Source of the DNA: Chiloscyllium plagiosum
Lineage: Eukaryota
Length of the DNA stretch: 64,000 nt
Assembly (NCBI RefSeq): GCF_004010195.1
Contig: NC_057749.1
Location: 23,011,886 to 23,075,885 of the forward strand
Reading direction: 5' to 3'
Each line of letters begins with the position of its first letter. The first letter of the stretch is position 1. Shown here piece by piece: positions 12,783-25,640 of the stretch. The notes below the pieces were generated by a model. That model was not told the DNA's origin and did no database searches. It saw only the letters and a list, made by a program, of their open reading frames with translations. The translations under genes were made by a program, and so were the position numbers.

Positions 12783-12958
12783 TAGAAACAAAACCAGAAA
12801 TTGCTGGAAGAACTCAACAGGTCCCACAGCATCTGTGGAGAGAAATCAGAGTTAATGTTTATGAACTCAGAACTCAGAACTGAGGAAGGGTTACCCTTTT
12901 CCAGCAATTTCTGGTTTTGTTTCTGATTTACACCATCCGCAATTCTTTCAGTTTTTAC
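12783..12958. mobile_element. Palindromic mini-insertion of PLE family C terminus
   Basis: agaaacaaaaccagaaattgctggaa ... ttccagcaatttctggttttgtttct inverted arms with a ctgaggaagggt hammerhead start in the centre; flanked by tgca(a/c)ttattt. Confidence 0.65.
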
Positions 12959-13439
12959 TGCACTTATTTCACGTTGAAGTCTCATGCAGTAAATGAATTC
13001 TAAAATGCTACAGAATGTAAGCAGACCATTTATCACTCAAAATCTGCAACCTTAATAAAGTCTTCTACAAGTTCAACCTTTCCCTTAATAACCTGTGCCC
13101 TTTTTATAATCATTGCCTCTTTACGTATTAATTTCACAAGCACTATTTGAAAATCCACATAAACCACATGTACTCTATTTCTTGTAAATATCCTCAACTA
13201 TTCCTCAAGTGAATTCTACAAGTTTGGCCAAGCATGACTCGTCTTTCAGAGAGTTTGCCAAACAGTGCTGAATAACACTTGGTGCTCGAAGCACAGTAAT
13301 TCACCAAAAACTGACTGTTATTCAATGATAATGTAGTTTAAATTGGCACTAGACTGCATTTGTAAAAGTTTAAAGGGGTTCTGGGTTTGGTCACTAAGAA
13401 ACAGCCCAGTTGAATGAGCACCAGATTTCGTTATTAAAA

Positions 13440-13742
13440 CATGAGGAGACCCAGCTAATGTTCCAGGGACCTTGGTTCAAAATTGAATTCAATTTTAAAC
13501 AAATCTAGAATTAAGCATGTAATGATGACAATGAGACCACTGTTGATTTTTGGAAAAACCCATCTAGTTCACTAATGTCCTTTGGGGAAGGAAACTGCCA
13601 TCCTTACCAGGTCTGACCTACATATGACTCCAGACCCACTGCAATGTGGTTGACTCTGAACTGCCCTCTGGGCAATTAGGGATGGGCAATAAATGCTGGC
13701 CTACCCAGTGACATCCACATCCCGTGAATGAATAAAGACAAA
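13440..13742 (+). mobile_element. tRNA-headed SINE (family X)
   Basis: ggttcaaa B-box-like motif, body gttcactaatgtcctt..ggaaggaaa, tail ggcaattagggatgggcaataaatgctggcc. Confidence 0.8.
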
Positions 13743-13894
13743 AAATGGTTCACATCCTTCTTCACATCATTGCTTCTGATATCTCTTGGAGAATCTATCC
13801 TTAGTCCTTCTATTTCTTCATTTATATAATGTCCCCTTTATTGATTCACACAATATGGGTATCACTACCTAGGCTCGCACTTCTTCATTACCCT

Positions 13895-14105
13895 AAAGGT
13901 TGTGAATCTGTGGAATTCTCTGCCCAGTGAGGCTACCTTTTTGAATGTTTTGAAGTCAAAGATAGATTTCTGAACAGTAAAGGAATTAAGGGTTATGGTG
14001 AGAGGGTGGGTAAGTGGAGCTAAGTCCACAAAAAGACCAGCCATGAACTTATTGAATGGCAGAGCAGGCTCAACAGGCCAGATGGCCTACTCCTGCTCCT
14101 ATTTC
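13895..14105 (+). mobile_element. CR1 3' end fragment
   Basis: ggttgtgaatctgtggaattc ... gatggcctactcctgctcct. Confidence 0.75.
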
Positions 14106-14385
14106 TCATTGCCTACCCCTAAGTGCCCAGATGACATCAATGTGGGTTTTGGAATCACAGTAGGCCAAGACAGGCAAAGATGGCAGTTTCCTTCCCTAAA
14201 CAGACATTAGTGAACTAGACGGGTTATCCCTGATATTCAGCAATGGTTTCATGGTTATCATTAGACTCTGAATTCCAGATTTCTTTTATTGAGTTAAAGT
14301 TCCATCATGACAGGATTTGAACACGGTTCCACAGAGCATTACACCTGGGTCTCTAGATTGATAGTCTCGCAACAATACCATTACA
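14105..14385 (-). mobile_element. tRNA-headed SINE (family X)
   Basis: Reverse complement of the 13440 / 54261 family. Confidence 0.7.
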
Positions 14386-14629
14386 TCCCCATGTTTACTG
14401 GTGGCTCACCACCATCTCTATTGGCAGACTGATTGACATCAGATACTGGATAACAAGAGCTTCTCTTCAACCAAATGTTGGGAAAACCAAAAAAGGGACC
14501 AAGGATAGATTCTTCAAGAGCAATGAGAGGCAACAGTGTGGGAGCAGGAAGTGAACCTGGTGATCAGTCTCCTCATGTTTTACTGGCAGAACCTGGTGTC
14601 TCCTTAAAAAGGACAATGTTTTATTGACA

Positions 14630-15110
14630 ATGTGGAGCGTAGGAGGTTGACAAGTGACCTTATAGAGTCATAAGGTTGTATAGCGCAGAAACCGACCCTT
14701 CAGTCCAACACGTCCATACCGACCAGATATTCTAAATTAATCTAAGTCCCTCCTATTATAAAATCATGAGCGGTAATAGTTAGGGTTATTGGTAGGTGCC
14801 TTTTCACTATGGTGAGGATTTCAAGACCAGGGGGCATACTTTTAAGGTGAGAGAAAAAGACTTAAAAAAGACATGTGAACAATTTTTGTTTACACAGAGG
14901 GTGGTTCACATGAAGATAGAACTTCCTGAGAAAGTGGTGGATGTGGGTACAGTTACAATGTTTAAAAGGCAATTCGGTAAGTAGATAATGGAAACGGTTT
15001 GGAGGGATATGGGCCAGACCAGGCAAGTGGGATTAGGTTAGTTTGGGATTATGTTTGGCATGGATTGGTTTGACCAAAGGTTTCCATGCTGTATGACTCT
15101 ATGACTCTAA
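14630..15110 (+). mobile_element. CR1 3' fragment containing an inverted CR1 tail (about 14663-14750)
   Basis: ORF 14796-14984 has KTRGHTFKVR..FTQRVV; (ctctatga)n tail. Confidence 0.8.
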
Positions 15111-15714
15111 TTACAAGAGGCAACTACCTAATTTGCCTTTAATGAAAGCATTCACAGAATCTGGAGTCATTTTAATTGAATTTATTAACAAAGACAAATG
15201 TACCTTTAAATGAAGCACTTCCATTAACAATTTGTATCCCTTTAAACAGACTTTTGTAAGAATGTTAGTAATAACAAAGTTCTGTGGTTTTTTGCTTAAA
15301 CATGTTATTTCGTTATTATCGGAGGGCTGAACAGTTTCACGATTACTGGCTACACTCTCAGAGGAATAACTTGGTATGATTTATAATAACATGCTGCGAT
15401 TGAGTTACATCCAACCCTCATAACTATACATAAAAGCAGAGCTCAAAATATAAGCAAAGTTTCAAAGAAGGTCTCCCGGAGACCTCAGCCAGGAGACATT
15501 GGTTCAAGTCCCATGTTCTGCAGAGGAGTGTCATTATATCTCAAACAGCTTGGTTTTATTTTAAAATCCTAAAACTTGGAAGAAAGATTCTGAACCGGCG
15601 TATTTTGGACAATCAGAGTTCACTTATAGATTTAGGCAGTTTCCCGATCATCCTGAATTGGAGATGTTTCTGTTCACGTGAGTGTTCTGAAGAAGGGTCA
15701 CAGCGCCAGGACAA

Positions 15715-16850
15715 TTAAACTAGTCCCATTTGCCTGTGGCATTCGCTCCATATCCCTCCACACCTATCCCATCCATGCACTTGTCTAAATGTTTCTGAAA
15801 TGACTAAATTGTATTTGGCTCCACCACTGTACATCGGTTAGGCCACTGTTGGAATATTGCATGCAATTCTGGTCTCCTTCCTATCGGAAAGATGTTGTGA
15901 AACTTGAAAGGGTTCAGAAAAGATTTACAAGGATGTTGCCAAGGTTGGAGGATTTGAGCTATAGGGAGAGGCTGAACAGGCTGGGGCTGTTTTCCCTGGA
16001 GTGGCGGAGGTTGAGGGGCGACCTTATAGAGGTTTACAAAATTATGAGGGGTATGGATAGGGCAAATAGACAAAGTCTTTTCCTTGGGGTCGAAAATAAA
16101 GGGCATAGGTTTAGGTTGAGAGGGGAAAGATATAAAAGAGACCTAAGGGGCAACCTTTTCATGCAAAGGGTGGTACATGTATGGAAATAGATGCCAGAGG
16201 AAGTGGTGGAGGCTGGTACAATTACAACGTTTAAGAGGCATTTGGATGGGTATATGAAGAGGAGGGGTTTGGAGGGATATGGGCTGGGTGCTGGCAGATG
16301 GGACTAGATTGGGTTGGGATATCTGGTTGGCATAGAAAAGTTGGACTGAAAGGTCTGATTCCGTGCTGTACATCTCTATGACGCTCTGACTACCTCGAGC
16401 AGCCCGTTCCAGACACTCACCACCCTCTGTGTGAAACAATTGCCCTTCTGGACCCTGTTGTATCTCTCCCCTCTCCCCTTAAACCTCTGCCCTTCGGTTT
16501 TCGACTCCCCTAAAATGGGGGAAAAGCTGTTGGCTGTCTACCTTATTTATGCCTTTCACGATTTTGTAAACCTCTAAAAGGTAAACCTCAGTCTGCTACG
16601 CTCCAGGGAAAAAAGTACGAGCCTATCGAACCTCGCCTAATAACTCAAACTTTTCAGTCCAGGTAGCATCCAGGTAAGTCTTTTCTAACTTCTCTCTAGG
16701 TCAAGAATATCCTTTGCATAATAGGGTGCCCAGAACTGCACGCAGTATTTCAAAGGTAGCCTCACTGTACAGCTGCAACAAGACATCCCATCCCCGATAC
16801 TCGACGCCTTTACCGATGAAAGCAAGCATCTTAAAGGCTTCTTCACACCT
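15715..16850. mobile_element. Minus-strand CR1 interrupted by a younger plus-strand CR1 (about 15830-16388)
   Basis: ORF 15849-16190 LEYCMQFWSPSYRKDVVKLERVQKRFTRMLP; the two flanks form one collinear reverse-strand CR1. Confidence 0.88.
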
Positions 16851-17104
16851 CTCTGGTTAGTTTGATCAAGGAGAAGAGTTTAAAATTCATACGCTGTGTT
16901 GTATCCCATTCAAACCATTCCCCGGGTTACACTATTGTAATAAACGGGTATTGATATTACGAAAAAGTTTATCTGATTTCTGTTAAAAAAAAATGCCACC
17001 TTCCATTCGCACAGTTCATTCTCCTTTATCCAAACCTTATTCAATAGTTGAATCCAACAGGCTTTTAAATACAATAATGATTTTCTAAGAATATAGAACA
17101 ATTC

Positions 17105-17352
17105 AAAGTTTGTGAGGAGATTTGTAGCTCGGGCGCTCGTTGTTGTGGTTCTGTTCGCCGAGCTGGGAATTTGTGTTGCAGACGTTTCTAGGTGACATCC
17201 TCAGTGCTTGGGAGCCTCCTGTGATGCACTTCTGTGACCTTTCCTCTGACATTTGTAGTGGTTTGAATCGGCCGCTTCCGGTTGTCAGTTCCAGCTGTCC
17301 GTTGCAGTGATCGGTATATTGGGTCCAGGTCGATGTGCTTATTGATTGAACA
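17105..17352 (-). mobile_element. Penelope-like terminus (family D) with damaged hammerhead (17178-17207)
   Basis: Reverse strand encodes SINKHIDLDPIYRSLQR, homologous to the 26100-26590 element; gca-CTGAGGA-tgtcaccta-GAAA-CGTC-tgc with stem II partly deleted. Confidence 0.75.
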
Positions 17353-17515
17353 ACATGCCTTCCTTATCCCAATTCTCTCTCCTATTAGTTAGCCAATCTT
17401 CTATCACCACATTAATCTATTACCTGGAATACGATGGCTCTTGTCCAATGTGATTTACTTTCTATTGACCATCAATGTTCATTGTTGTCAGGACTGATTG
17501 CATTCATGTGGCACA

Positions 17516-18128
17516 ATGGACCAGACCAGATCCACTCAAAATATATTAAGAAAGTAGCCTAGACTCGAAAATTTTCTTATTTTAAAGGCGAGTGTAAAGT
17601 GCTGTGTTCCAGATGTAATGTGATTTGTTAAATTACTCGACATTAAGCAAAACACAGTTTATTCAAACACCAAAGTTAAAATACAATGAAAGAAAGGACA
17701 ACTTATAATAACTTAACTCAATTGGAAAACATAACCAAATAATAGCTACAGTAACTATTACTAATTAACTGTTCCATATAGTAACATCCCATCAACACAC
17801 CCATTAGTAAAAAGGCAATTCAGAAATCAGATTTTCTCACATGCAGTCTGCAATAGGAATAGAAACCCCAGCTTCCAGCTGTAACTGAGAGGGAGGGAAA
17901 TAGCTTCCACTTCTTCAGGATTCCAGCAGCTTGCAAAATACAAAAGCTTAAAAAAAAAACCCTCGTCTGTGGGAGCTGGCCACACCCATCCAGGCTGCTT
18001 CTATTGTTTCAATTTTTTAAAAAAACCTAAGGCCTCACAAGCTGTTTTTGTTGTTACTCACTGCTTAATTTCTCTCTTAAAAGAACAGCAGAACAAAATA
18101 CACCTCTTAAAGCCACAGCATTGTCACA
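17516..18128. mobile_element. LTR copy, same family as 40503-41412
   Basis: Collinear with 40503-41412 (atggaccagaccaga ... cctcttaaag.caca ... gtcaca); left terminus degenerate. Confidence 0.75.
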
Positions 18129-18143
18129 CCAAGTTTACTTAGT

Positions 18144-18186
18144 TAAAAATCACACAACACCAGGTTATAGTCCACCATCTCCGAAT
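18144..18186. mobile_element. Tiny PLE family B remnant
   Basis: taaaaatcacacaacaccaggttatagtcca flanked by 14-bp TSD caagttta(c/g)ttagt (18130-18143 / 18187-18200). Confidence 0.65.
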
Positions 18187-18534
18187 CAAGTTTAGTTAGT
18201 GTCACAGTCAGTGGGGAAGATCCTGGCTGTTACATCACTGTGAGAGAGTTAAATACCGCCCCTGAATCTCTATTATGATGCACTACTCAAAGATGTGGCG
18301 GGGATTCTTTAGCAGGCTGAGTGAGGATCCAGTCCTGCCTGCACTGCAAAAACTCAACATCTTTTCTTCCTTGTCTGAATTCTTCCTTCTAGTTTATTTG
18401 GAAGGAGTTGATGTCATCCACAATTAACATACTGAGACTACTGCTCACTTTACTGTCCTCCAATTCCCTTCTGCTATTTGATAGTCTGCAATACACCCCT
18501 TAGGATCTTTTATCTTTGTGGATTCTTCTCTCAC

Positions 18535-18897
18535 CATCCCTGAACTGTGGGACCAGGCCATTTGGCCCATTGAGTCCACACAGACCTTCCAAAGGGCATC
18601 CCATCCAGACCAACTCCCCCATCCCACTCCACCTTACCCCTATAACCCTGCATTTCCTATGGCAAACCCACCTAGCCTGCACACCCCTGAACACCATGGG
18701 CAATTTAGCATGGCCAATCCACCTAATGTGCACATCTTTGGACTGTGGGAGGAAACCGGAGCACCTGGAGGAAATCCACATAGACACGGGGAGAATGTAC
18801 AAACTGCACACAAACAGTCGCCTGAAGATGGAATTGAACCTGGATCCCTGGTGCTGTGAGGCAAAAGTGTTAACCACTGAGCCACCGTGCCACCCCT
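18535..18897 (-). mobile_element. HE1-like V-SINE
   Basis: Full head, V-domain and tail on the reverse strand. Confidence 0.9.
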
Positions 18898-19739
18898 GTA
18901 AGCATGTACAGAATTAATCACAAACAAAAATTTGTACATATAAAACCATACAAAATATAGAATATATACAGCACAAGTGCACAAACAGAACACATTGCAC
19001 ACAGATATAGTGCATCAGAGACAATGAACATGCAATACTGGACAGTACAAAATGTGTAAGCATTGGTGGTGAACAAAAACAAACAAAGCACTGGAGAAAC
19101 TCAGCATCTGTGGAGAGAGAAAAACAGAGTTAACATTTGGCGTCTGTTACAATTCTTCTTCAGAACTGTTTGGTTGATATGCAGTGTGCATAGATAATGT
19201 ATAAATTAACATTATGTACATATATATGCTGATATAAATGATATCAGATATACAGTCCGCACAGAGAATGATGAAAAAGGCAGTCTACTTCTTTCCCCAA
19301 TAGAATGAGTTCAGAATTACAGATGCTGCCAGATCTACTGCGCTTTTCCAGCGATGTCTGTGTTTGTTGTCTGTGAACAATGAAGTCAGGCACCAAGTGA
19401 GCAGCTGACTGTGTAATACCTGCTGCTAACCAATATCACAAAATGCCCTCGATGGCAAGTCCAAAATACCTGCATGAAACACACCACCTCTAACATAACT
19501 AATGATCAATACAGTAATTGCTCAGCTACAGACCTGTCAAGGGCTAATTACAGGCCATGTACTAATACAAAAATAAAACTAACTTGTAATATCCACTATC
19601 AATAATGGAAGTGACTAGTGAGAGGGGTGAAGGGTAGCTTGCACAAGCTGCTACTGTCACTTTTATATCAATGACCTATAACCTTCCTCAAGGCCAGTGT
19701 ATGGCACTGTATTAAACCAATGTATTCAAACCCTCCAAC

Positions 19740-20100
19740 ACCAGCGCTCAGTAGCAGCAGAATGCACTATCTACAAGATGCACTGCAGAATTTCACCAAA
19801 AATCCTCAGATAGCACCTTCCAAACCCACGACCACTTCCATCTAGAAGGAACACCACCACCTGCAAGTTTCCCTCCATGCCACTCACCACCCTGACTTGG
19901 ACATATACCGCCGTTCCTTCACAATCATTGGGTCAAAATCCTGGAATTCCCTCCCTCAGAGCATTGTGGGTCAAACCCCAGCAGGTGGACTGCAGCGATT
20001 CAAGAAGGCAGCTCACCACCACCTTCTCAAGGGGCAACTAGGGACGGGCTATCAATGCTGGCCAGCCAGTGATGCCCAAGTCCCACAAATGGATTTTTTA
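19740..20100 (+). mobile_element. 3' end of the family X partner LINE
   Basis: cagcaccttccaaaccc ... gggtcaaaatcctggaattcc ... caccaccttctcaaggggcaactaggg; near-identical to 62700-63035. Confidence 0.8.
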
Positions 20101-20598
20101 AATTACATGCCTCTTGAAGTCCGTGTACACCAGATCCATAGCATTACCCTCATCTATCCTCTCTGTTACTTCTTCAAAATACTCCAGTAAATTAGTTAAA
20201 TACAAGGTCCCCTTTGGAAGTCCAGCCTAATGAACTCACCTTTTTCCCGGTGACTACCAGTTCTTTGCAGAATAATTGCTTTTAGAAGCTTCCCCACCAC
20301 TGAAGTTAAACCGAAAGATCCTTCTTGCCCAAGCCTGTAATATTTGCAGTTTTCCAGCCTTCTGACACCTCCCCAGAGTCTAGAGCAGATTGAAAGTTGG
20401 TGAAAGCTCTATTCTCACTTCCTTCAAAAACATGCCCATTTTATCCCAGGAAATTCCTATGCCCTACATGCTCCCCATGGAGAGGCCAGAGTGATTGTTA
20501 TCTGCAAGACCTCTCCGTTGCGAAATCCCAATGCCCTCCTATTGTCCACAATGGCTTAGCTTTCTACTGAGAATTGGCCCCTACCACTGCCGTCATTC

Positions 20599-20617
20599 TT
20601 GCTGCCACCTAGTGGTG
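20599..20617 (-). promoter_or_regulatory. CTCF-binding motif (candidate)
   Basis: Reverse complement reads CACCACTAGGTGGCAGCAA, matching the CTCF core CCASYAGRKGGCRS. Confidence 0.5.
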
Positions 20618-20794
20618 ACACTGATGCTGCACAGGACCTTGCAGCAACATGTTCACCCTCTTGACTGCTCATTTCTCTTACCTTGTGATGAGGAGGAGTG
20701 CATTATGCCCACGAACCATGCAGGGAGATTGTGCCGATGACACCGCTAGGTAACAAGAACAAGCAATGGGAAAGCTGGGTTGCCAGATATCTGT

Positions 20795-20925
20795 CGAGTG
20801 CAGTGCTGGAAAAGCACAGCAGATCAGGCAGCATCCAAGAAGCAGGAAAGTCAACGTTTCGTTAAAACTCCTTCATTAGGAATGAGGGCTCTAATCTCCT
20901 GCATCTGCAGTCCTCCCGTTCGCCC
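20795..20925. mobile_element. PLE family A mini-insertion with inversion
   Basis: Inverted tail plus decayed hammerhead; 14-bp TSD tgccaga(t/g)atctgt (20781-20794 / 20926-20939). Confidence 0.75.
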
Positions 20926-21302
20926 TGCCAGAGATCTGTTCTAACTTACACATTGGGAGTCTGTTTCTTGGGAGATGGGGAGGAGAATTGGATAAATAAG
21001 GGGAGTTGGGAAATTACAAGGTGCAGATGTGCAGAAATAAAATAGTTGCCCAACAGCAGGATTTTGAAATGTAAGGCTTACAAACACGCTTTCTCAGTGT
21101 TGAGATCCTAAATTTTTTTCATTCTTTCAATAATTTTCCAATGTTCCTACCTTTGCTCACACCACACTACAATGAGGGAAATTCCACCCCACATTAATAA
21201 CGATACCAAAATCGAGATGACCGAAGCTTAGGTTTTAATGAACACTGAGCATATTGAAATGATAGTCCACTGTTCTCTATATTCAGTGAAGAGTCAGCAC
21301 AA

Positions 21303-21644
21303 ATCATAGAATCCCGACAGTGTGGAGGTAGCCCATTCGGCTCATCAAGTCCACACCAACCCTCTGAAGAGCATCCCACCCAGACCCACCCCATCATTCT
21401 GCATTTCGCATGGTAAATCAACCTAGCCTGCATATCCCTTTACACAATGGGCGATCTAGCACATCCAATCCACCTGACCTGCACATCTTAGGATTGTGGG
21501 AGGAAACCAGAGCACCCGGAGGAAACCCACGCAGACACGGGAAGAATGTGCATACTCCACACAGACAGTCACCCGAGGCTGGAATTGAATTCAGCACTGG
21601 CACTGTGAGGCAGTAGTGCTAACCACTGAGCCACCATGCCACCC
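21303..21644 (-). mobile_element. HE1-like V-SINE
   Basis: Head, V-domain and tail on the reverse strand. Confidence 0.88.
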
Positions 21645-21994
21645 GAGAAATTTGAGGTGGTCAATTCTCTCACAATAATGGACAACATTAGTATCATGAA
21701 AGTGTATTAAGTATTTGACTACCTTCAAGTATCTGACAATCAGAATAGAAACATGCGAGACTACAGTCTTACTCCAGCTAAATTAAGGTGTGCAATAATT
21801 AGGCAGACATCCCAGAGTTTAGATTCCTGAAGGAAAGGGGCTGGAATTGTGCCCGATGAAGGTCTGAGCTCAGAAGAACCCTGTGACTCAAGTTGACACA
21901 AAAAGATCAATGAGATTTACTGTTTGCTGCCTGCTATTCCATGAGCAATTTATAGTTTGTGATTCGCTTGTTAATTTATGTTTAATTGCGATTA

Positions 21995-22735
21995 GTCACA
22001 GAGTCATAGAGATGTACAGCACAGAAACAGACCCTGCAGTCTGACTCATCCATGCAGATCAGACATCATAACCTAATCTTGCACCATTTGCCAGCACTTG
22101 GCCCATATCACACAAAACCCTTCCTAAACATATACCCATCCAGATGCCTTTTAAATGTTGTATTGTACCAGCCTCCACCACTTCCTCTGGGAGCTCATTT
22201 CAAAAACATACCACCTTCTGCATGAAAATGGTGCCCCTTAGGTCCCTTTTATATCATTCCCCTCTCACTCTGAACCTATGCCCTCTACTTCTAGACTCCC
22301 CCACCCCAGGGGAAAGACCTTGTCTGTTGATTATCCTATACATGCCCCTCTTGATTTTATAAAACCCGAGAAGATCACCCCTCAGCCTCCAACGCTCCAT
22401 TGAAAAGAGCCCCAGCCTATTCAGCCTCTTCCTTACTCAAATCCTCCAACCCTTGTAAACCTTTTCTAAACCCTTTCAGGTTTCACAATAGCCTTCCGAT
22501 AGGAAGGAGGCAAGAACTGCATTCAATATTGCACCAAAACTGGCCTAACCAATGTCCTGCACAATTGCAACATGACCTCCCAACTCCTATTCTCAAAGCT
22601 CTGACCAATAATGGAAAGCATACCAAACACCTTCTTCACTATCCTATCGACCTGTGACTCTACTTTCATGGAAATGGGAACCTGCACTCCAAGGTCTCTT
22701 TGTTCAGCAACACTCCCCAGGCCTTTACCATTAAC
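21995..22735 (-). mobile_element. CR1/HER1-type LINE 3' fragment
   Basis: SVAEQRDLGVQV..KVESQVDRIVKK..RTLVRP; tail complement agagtcatagag. Confidence 0.9.
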
Positions 22736-23057
22736 GGGCGGCACGGCGGCTCAGTGGTTAGCACTGCTGCCTCACAGCACCAGTGCCCCAGGTTCAATTC
22801 AAGCCTTGGGCGATTGTGTGGAGTTTGCACATTCTTCCTGTGTCTGCGTGGGTTTCCTCTGAATGCTCTGGTTTCCTCCCACAATCCAAAGATGTGCAGG
22901 TGGATTGGCTATGCTAAATTGTCCATAGTGTTAGATGCATTAGTCAGAGGGAAATGGGTCTGGGTGGGTTACCCTTCAGAAGGTCGGTGTGGATTTGTTG
23001 GGCCGAAGGCCTGTTTCCACACTGTAGGGAATCTAATCTCATCTAAGTGTTAATCTA
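22736..23057 (+). mobile_element. HE1-like V-SINE
   Basis: gggcggcacggcggctcagtggttagcactgctgcc head, V-domain, aatct tail. Confidence 0.92.
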
Positions 23058-23279
23058 AAGTTGCAAGAAGTGAAATCTGGTTCAATAATTTGTTTGTTTG
23101 GGGGTCAGTTGAAACATTTGGTTTATAGATCTGCACAGGGATCATGATAAGTAACACTTTGTAGGCACATATACTTCACCTGACCTTTCCCCATTATACA
23201 CACAGATCTAAAACAACATAATTGGCTTTTACCAAAGATCCTCAAATGGTGCGAAACAGAGTTTATAGTCTGCTGGCAT

Positions 23280-23430
23280 TAGGTAAAGCCACCAGACCAC
23301 AGAACTGCTCTCTCATGAGAGCAATAACTGGTGTTCGTTTAACCAGAGGGTCACCACACTTCCGGGCAAGGTTAAGGAGGAGAGTGTAGTGCGAGAATTG
23401 AACCCACGTTGTTGGCAACACTCAGCATTA
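23280..23430 (-). mobile_element. tRNA-derived SINE, unassigned family (also about 54975-55165)
   Basis: Reverse strand has gccaacaacgtgggttcaattc (B box) and ggtgaccctctggttaaac, shared with the copy near 55100. Confidence 0.55.
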
Positions 23431-24119
23431 GGCAAAGAACCACTAAATGTTGCATTTATGAAAATTAATTTCTCAGTTAAATGCAACTCAAACTAACGCG
23501 CATTTTTAGGACTCTGTTCTTCTGCTTACATTCATACACGTGAGGAAAACTGACAAATGTTCACAGTTTTTGATCAGCTTCATTCAGGGAATCCGAATTA
23601 ACCTGGCCAGCGCATTGCGCTCAATGAGAAACCAGCTTTAGCTAATATCGACAAATCTGTACTGGAGGAAAAGAAATGAATGGTGACTTTCAGGAGAAAG
23701 AAAGAGAAAAAGAGAGCAAAGAAAGAAAAAAAAGGGAAACAGAAAGTGGCAAGAGAAAATGCTAGGCAGAAAAAGACAGAAAGACACAAATGCAAGTTCT
23801 GACATCTATTGCAACTTCAAGTGCTTTGCAACCAATGAAATGTTTTGCAAAAGTGTATTGACCATTGCAATGTGTGAAACAGCAAAGGAATAGGCCCACC
23901 AAGCCTGCATCAATTCCTGTTCCTTATTTAGAACCGCTCCTTATTGCCCATGCGCAATCTCTCTGCCTGCATCTTGTTCACTTGTCTATCAAGATATGCC
24001 TTAAACATTACTAACATGCCTGCTTCCACCACCTCCACTGGCAGTGAGTTCCAAGGACCCACCCACCCGCCTCTGTATGAAAGACTTACCCAACATTTCT
24101 CCCGTAAACCTCTCCCTCT

Positions 24120-24530
24120 CAGGAAGGTGGGGAGGGCCTGGGTGGGGGAGCAAAAGATAAATGGGAGAGTGGTAGGGCCGGGGGAGGTAGCTAGGAATGC
24201 AATTGGTAAATGAAGATGGGGGTGATGCTGATAGGTTGGACAGAAGATGAACAGGTAGGAATGTCAAGAGGGGAGTGCCAAATTGGAGGGTTGGATCTGG
24301 GATAAGGTGGAGGGAGCAGAGATCAGCAAACTGGTGAAATCGACATTGATCCCGTGTGGTTGGAGGGTCCCAAGGCAGAAGAAGTGCTGTTCCTCCAGGC
24401 TAGAATTTGGCGATGGAGGAGGCCCAGGAATTGCATGTCCTTGGCAGAGTGGGAGGGGGAGTTGAAGTGTTTGGCCACAGGGTGGTGGGGTTGATTGGTG
24501 CATGTGTCCCGGAGATGTTCTCTGAAATGT
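24120..24530 (-). mobile_element. Penelope-like family A fragment (endonuclease C-terminus and downstream)
   Basis: LEEQHFFCLGTLQPHGINVDFTS, homologous to the 55900-56000 region. Confidence 0.85.
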
Positions 24531-24584
24531 TACGCAACTTTCAGATTACTCACTGTGCTGTAACTCCCCTCCCCCCCCGCCCCC

Positions 24585-25640
24585 AGGTTACATTGGTGAG
24601 GGCACTTTTGGAATTCTGGTCTCCTTCCTCTCAGAAGGATGTTGTGAAACTTGAATGGGTTCAGAAAAGATTTGCAAGGATGTTGCCAGGGTTGGAGCAA
24701 TAGGGAGAGGCTGAATAGGCTGGGACTGTTTTCCCTGGAGCGTCGGAGGCTGAGGGGTGACCTTATAGAGGTTTATAATATCATGAGGAGCATGGATAGG
24801 AAAAATAGACAAGGTCTTTTCCTTGGCGTGGGGGAATCCAGAGCTAAAGAACATTGGTTTAGGTTGAGAGGGGTAAGATATAAAAGGGACCTAGGGGACA
24901 ACTTTTTCACACAGTGGATGATGCACGTATGGAATGAGCTGTCAGAAGTAGTGGTGGAGGCTGGTACAATTACAGCATTTAAGATGCATCTTGATGAGTA
25001 TATGAATTGAAAAAGTTTAGAGGGATATGGGCCAAGTGCTGGCAAATGGGACGAGATTAGGTTAGGATATCTGGTCGGCATGGACAGGTTGAACCAAAGG
25101 GTCTGCTCCTGTGCTGTACTTCTATATGATTCTATGACTCTCACCTTGAACCTGTGCCCTTTTGTTGTTGACCTTTCCACCCTGGGAAAAAGCCTCTGAT
25201 TATCCACCCTATCACTGCATCTCATAATTTTGTATACCTCTATCAGGTCACCTCTCACAGTCTCCACCTTTCCAGTGAAAACAATGAATTTATCCAACCT
25301 CTCCTCATAACTAACACCCTCTAGACCAGGCAACATCCAGGTAACCCTTCTCTGCACTCTCTCCAAAGCATCCACGTCCTTTTAGTAGTGTGGTGCCCAA
25401 TACTGTATGCAATATTCCAAATGAGGCCCAAGTGAAGTTTTGTACAGCTGTAACATAACTTGCCAACTTTTATATACAATGCCCCAACTGATGAAGGCAA
25501 GTATGCCTTCTTGACCACGTTATCCATCTGTGTTGTCACCTTCAGGGATCTGTGCACCTGTACGCTCAGATCCCTCTGTACCTCAATGCCCCGAAGGGTT
25601 CTGCCATTTATTGTATAATTCTGCAACTCCACCAATTTAA
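24585..25640. mobile_element. Convergent CR1 fragments (plus 24585-25140; minus 25140-25640)
   Basis: ORFs 24651-25010 (+) and 24773-25375 / 25321-25662 (-) carry CR1 C-terminal motifs. Confidence 0.88.
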
